From Thiomicrorhabdus sp. (lineage in GTDB: Bacteria; Pseudomonadota; Gammaproteobacteria; Thiomicrospirales; Thiomicrospiraceae): a DNA stretch of 64,000 bases. The first letter of the stretch is position 1; each line of letters begins with the position of its first letter. Position numbers and translations under genes: made by a program. The stretch lies in the NCBI RefSeq assembly GCF_963662555.1, contig NZ_OY759719.1, forward strand, positions 576,985-640,984, given 5' to 3'. The notes beneath the pieces were generated by a model. It was not told the DNA's origin, searched no databases, and was given only the letters and a program-made list of their open reading frames with translations. Positions 60,518-64,000 of the stretch are shown in pieces.

Positions 60518-61112
60518 AGTAAATTATCGCCTAAAGCAAGGTGGGTTTACTCTTATTGAGTTGCTGGTGGCTTTGGGGGTTTCTGCAGTGATTGCCGTGT
60601 TGTCTTATCAATCGATTGACAGCATGGTGAATGTTAAAACGAGTGTTGAAGAACACTCTAACCAAGCTGAAAAATTGCAAAGAGCAATGTGGTGGATGGA
60701 GCAAGATTTTGTTCAGCTCGTACCTAGACCTGTAGAAGATGAATTAGGCTCAAAAATAGCCGCATTTAAATACCGTGATGATACCGGGGTAGAGTTAAGC
60801 CGAAACGCTCAGTTTGCCACACCAAATGCCAATGGTGGTTTATTACGTGTTGGCTATATTTTAGAAAATAAGGTGTTGTACCGATTAACGTGGCCAGTAA
60901 TGGATAGAGCTCCAGACACCAAACCTAAAAAAGTGGTATTACTCAAAGATGTGACTGGATTTGATATTGAGTTACTTAGTGCTAATAATCATTGGGTTCA
61001 ATCTTGGCCAGCCTCTAGCCAAGCTTTGAGTGCTTTGCCAAGAGCGATTAAGGTCACTATTGAGCACAAAACGTTAGGTAAGTTATCACGTTTGTTTTTG
61101 GGAGTAGGTTGA
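60507..61112 (+). CDS. gspJ: minor pseudopilin J
   Basis: 201 aa with QGGFTLIELLVALGV. Confidence 0.85.
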   Translation: MTSKVNYRLKQGGFTLIELLVALGVSAVIAVLSYQSIDSMVNVKTSVEEHSNQAEKLQRAMWWMEQDFVQLVPRPVEDELGSKIAAFKYRDDTGVELSRNAQFATPNANGGLLRVGYILENKVLYRLTWPVMDRAPDTKPKKVVLLKDVTGFDIELLSANNHWVQSWPASSQALSALPRAIKVTIEHKTLGKLSRLFLGVG

Positions 61113-61166
61113 TGCAACTAAAAAGGCAAAGACTTACGGTTTTGTCACCTCAGTTTATGGGGTGGC

Positions 61167-62153
61167 GTGATGTATAAAAAACAGAAAGCTCCAAAAACTC
61201 AACAAGGTTTTGCGTTGCTTACTGTCATGTTGGTGGTGGCACTGGTAAGCATGGTGTCTAGCCAATTGTTATATGACCAACAAGTGCATATACAGCGTAG
61301 TACTTTTATGATTCATCAAGCCCATTCTATTTCGGTAGCCTATGGTTTTGAAGACTGGGTTAAAAAAGGCCTAATGGCTGATGCGAAAAATAACGCTACA
61401 GATCATTTAAATGAACAATGGGCACAACCTTTAGCCCCAATACCGTTTGCTGATGGAGAAGTTAGCGGGCGATTACAAGATTTGCAAGCGCGTTTAAATG
61501 TAAATAACGTGCTGGAAAAAGATAGTAAAATCCGCATTTTTTGGAAAAAAATGGTGGATCGTTATTTAGCGATACAGTTGCCTGAAGAGAATTTTGTTGG
61601 TTTTTCTGATGTGCTCCAAGACTGGGTAGATGCCGATGATGACACTCAAGATTATGGTGCAGAAAGTCAGGTGTATTTATTAAATCAACCCGCTTATAGA
61701 GCAGCAAACGAACCGATGGTTATGCCTAGTGAGATAAGCCGCTTACAAGGTATGGAACGGTTGAATCAGAAAGACTTACTAAGAATAGAGAGCGACTTAA
61801 CGGCTCTGCCTGAAGTAACGGCGATTAATGTGAATACTGCCGATGCAACTACTTTAATGGCCATGGCTGACTGGCTAACAGAAGACGTTGCTAAACAATG
61901 GATAGAACAAAGAAAGGCTCAACCGGCTGAAGATATTAATCAGTTTTTAGCCTTTTTAGTGAGTATTACTGGCTTTACGCTTGAAGAGATTAGTAAAGAC
62001 ATCCCTAGTCAGGTTTTGGATGTAAAAAGTCATTATTTTTTATTAGAAGCACGTGTTGATTATGGCGATGTAAAACAGATTGTTACATCGATTTTTAATC
62101 GAAAAAGCGAGAACGAAGTGATATTAGTGCAAAGGTGGTTAAGTGTTGGGTAA
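61167..62153 (+). CDS. gspK: minor pseudopilin K
   Basis: 328 aa with QQGFALLTVMLVVALV. ATG 61170 is the probable start. Confidence 0.85.
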   Translation: MMYKKQKAPKTQQGFALLTVMLVVALVSMVSSQLLYDQQVHIQRSTFMIHQAHSISVAYGFEDWVKKGLMADAKNNATDHLNEQWAQPLAPIPFADGEVSGRLQDLQARLNVNNVLEKDSKIRIFWKKMVDRYLAIQLPEENFVGFSDVLQDWVDADDDTQDYGAESQVYLLNQPAYRAANEPMVMPSEISRLQGMERLNQKDLLRIESDLTALPEVTAINVNTADATTLMAMADWLTEDVAKQWIEQRKAQPAEDINQFLAFLVSITGFTLEEISKDIPSQVLDVKSHYFLLEARVDYGDVKQIVTSIFNRKSENEVILVQRWLSVG

Positions 62154-63390
62154 GAACCATAGTCAAACCGAAATACAGCAAACAGATGGCATTTTAGCCA
62201 ATTCGCTAGTAGCTAGTATCTCGTTGCAAGGTGAGTTGCAAATTCAAACGATTGATGGGCAATTGTTAAAGACTGAAGAGGTGATTTCTAAACTTAAATC
62301 GAGCCGTCGATTAGCCAAAGAAATTGCCATTGTTTGGTTGCCAACTCAAAAAATTGTGATGACCGAAGTTACTGTACCAGGTAAACGCAAGGCACACTGG
62401 ATGGCTGCTTTGCCGTTTTCTTTAGAAGAGAGCTTGGCAGAATCAATTGAAAACTATCACGTTGTAGCTTATCACCGAACAACAGAGGGTTTGGTATCGG
62501 TCGCGATTGCCACCCATGAGGACATGAAAAACTGGAAACGTGTGGTTGAGTCTTTTGGGTTACAGCATGTGCAGTTAATACCGAACTGTTTTAGGTTGGA
62601 AAACAGTAACGGTGAGTTGGCTCAAGACTCGCAAGCTTGGACAATTTATCATCAAGGTGAATGTGTATTAGTTAGAACCAGTGGTTATCAAGGCTTTGCG
62701 GGTAATACAAATTGGTATGTAGCAATTAAAGAACAGGCGTTAAACAATCTGTTTTTGAAAAAGCAGCAAGCGGATGCTCATATTGATGAAACTACGGTTA
62801 CCGACCAAGATCTGCTTACTAGTCATTCACAAAATTTAGCCAAAGTATTGCCGCTGAGTTTAAGTCAGTCTGCTTATAAAAGTAATGCGAGTGAGAAAGG
62901 CCATTGGTACGAATGGCGTTGGATTGGGGTACTATTTTTGGTAACGATTGTATTGTATTTGGGTATGCAAATGTTACAAACCCATCAACTACAAAAACAA
63001 GCCGCTTATGTTTCTCAGCAAAATACCAAGCTGTTTAAGGTGATGTTTCCTCAGGCTAAACGTATCGTTAATATTAAATCTCAAGCGTTAACCTATTTGA
63101 AACAGAGTGCTGAAGGCGATAAAGAAATTCAATTTTTAATGCCTATTTTGCAACAGATAGAACCTTGGTTTAATCAAGCTAAAACGGTAAAAGTTGAACA
63201 GTTGCAATGGCAAAGCGATAAAAAGCAGAAGGCGTTAGCAATCACAGTCAGTGCTCCGAGTTCTAAAGAGATAGAACGGTTAATATCGCTTCAGAAAGAA
63301 TCTAAAAATAGCGAATATACTATGACTCTAAACCTAAAAAATGTCACTGCAGAGGGTGCTGAGGGGGTGATTTATGTGGATGCAAATTAA
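62143..63390 (+). CDS. gspL: type II secretion system protein L
   Basis: 415 aa with a cytoplasmic actin-like domain, a single TM segment and a periplasmic domain. Operon position supports the call. Confidence 0.8.
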   Translation: MLGKNHSQTEIQQTDGILANSLVASISLQGELQIQTIDGQLLKTEEVISKLKSSRRLAKEIAIVWLPTQKIVMTEVTVPGKRKAHWMAALPFSLEESLAESIENYHVVAYHRTTEGLVSVAIATHEDMKNWKRVVESFGLQHVQLIPNCFRLENSNGELAQDSQAWTIYHQGECVLVRTSGYQGFAGNTNWYVAIKEQALNNLFLKKQQADAHIDETTVTDQDLLTSHSQNLAKVLPLSLSQSAYKSNASEKGHWYEWRWIGVLFLVTIVLYLGMQMLQTHQLQKQAAYVSQQNTKLFKVMFPQAKRIVNIKSQALTYLKQSAEGDKEIQFLMPILQQIEPWFNQAKTVKVEQLQWQSDKKQKALAITVSAPSSKEIERLISLQKESKNSEYTMTLNLKNVTAEGAEGVIYVDAN

Positions 63391-63868
63391 CCAGGCCTGG
63401 TTAAATTTAGATGCCCGTGAACAAACCTTGGTTAAAGCCTTGGCGGTCTTTCTAGTGTTGGTTTTGTTATACCTATTAATTTGGTCACCAATCCATAATC
63501 AAAAGCGACAAGCACAACAAACGTTAACCACGGCAGAACAAGAGTGGCAGTGGCTCAATAAACAAATACCTGCTGCAAAAGCCTTACTGGCCGAAGGTAG
63601 TAGTACTAACCTACAAAAGGTTGATACTCAAAATGGATTAATGTCATTATTGCAAAGTAGTTTACGCCAGCAAAACCTGTTTAAAGATATTAAAACATTA
63701 CAAGGTGTAGATAAGGGCGGTAAAGTGAGCTTTGAACAAGTAGATGCGACTCGTTTATTTAAATGGCTGACATTGCTTGAAAGGCAGGGAGTTGTGCCTA
63801 AAACCTTGCAAGTGAATTGGGTTGCACCAGGCCTGGTAAAAGCAGATATGCAATTTAAAGTAAATTAA
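63374..63868 (+). CDS. gspM: type II secretion system protein M
   Basis: 164 aa with an N-terminal TM segment. It overlaps the gspL end. Confidence 0.8.
   Translation: MWMQINQAWLNLDAREQTLVKALAVFLVLVLLYLLIWSPIHNQKRQAQQTLTTAEQEWQWLNKQIPAAKALLAEGSSTNLQKVDTQNGLMSLLQSSLRQQNLFKDIKTLQGVDKGGKVSFEQVDATRLFKWLTLLERQGVVPKTLQVNWVAPGLVKADMQFKVN
63391..63400. repeat. CCAGGCCTGG palindrome, exact copy
   Basis: Immediately after the gspL stop and inside the gspM 5' end, read as Q-A-W. Confidence 0.95.
63827..63836. repeat. CCAGGCCTGG palindrome, exact copy
   Basis: Inside gspM, read as P-G-L. Confidence 0.95.
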
Positions 63869-63948
63869 TGCGGTATGAATTTCTCTTGTATGACTTTTCG
63901 ATCAACACCTAGAAACTTGGTTATAAATTACTTCTTAGGACGCTTTAG

Positions 63949-64000
63949 ATGTTTGCACGATTAACGGTTAATAAAAGAAAGACCGCAGGGTTAAGTGTGA
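63949..64000 (+). CDS. start of next ORF (position expected for gspN); truncated by window end
   Basis: ATG at 63949 (MFARLTVNKRKTAGLSV...). Only 17 codons are visible. Confidence 0.2.
   Translation, partial: MFARLTVNKRKTAGLSV

Overview
This is a 64-kb chromosomal segment from a low-GC Gammaproteobacterium, roughly 40% GC by eye. The gene content (DabBA inorganic-carbon pump, three compatible-solute modules, T2SS) suggests a marine autotroph or methylotroph, but that is inference only. Layout, left to right: (1) 337-3827(-): a three-gene operon of unknown function encoding a circularly permuted ATP-grasp, an alpha-E protein and a Zn-ribbon peptidase. (2) 4292-23408(+): a 19-kb co-directional block. 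It holds a glucosylglycerate synthesis plus phosphorylase operon behind a textbook sigma54 promoter, then gnd-zwf-pgl, then a sucrose module (SPS, fused SPP-fructokinase, amylosucrase), then an ectoine-catabolism-like module. (3) tRNA-Leu and tRNA-Phe, followed by an orphan small gene. (4) dabB-dabA. (5) About 29.5-52.6 kb: a Wzx/Wzy-type locus for an acidic, pyruvylated exopolysaccharide. It has a visibly AT-rich glycosyltransferase core, a truncated galE and an orphan beta-helix/CBM protein on the opposite strand. (6) 53335-63868: a complete gspC-gspM type II secretion operon. I saw no rRNA, CRISPR array, transposase, integrase or recognisable defence genes. The most striking signal that gene annotation does not explain is the GC-rich palindrome CCAGGCCTGG (extended consensus ACCAGGCCTGGT). 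It occurs 15 times exactly and 9 more times with one mismatch, in three reading registers, in genes on both strands and in spacers. That is far above chance in this AT-rich DNA. All protein family calls come from my own motif recognition on the supplied translations; no database search was run.
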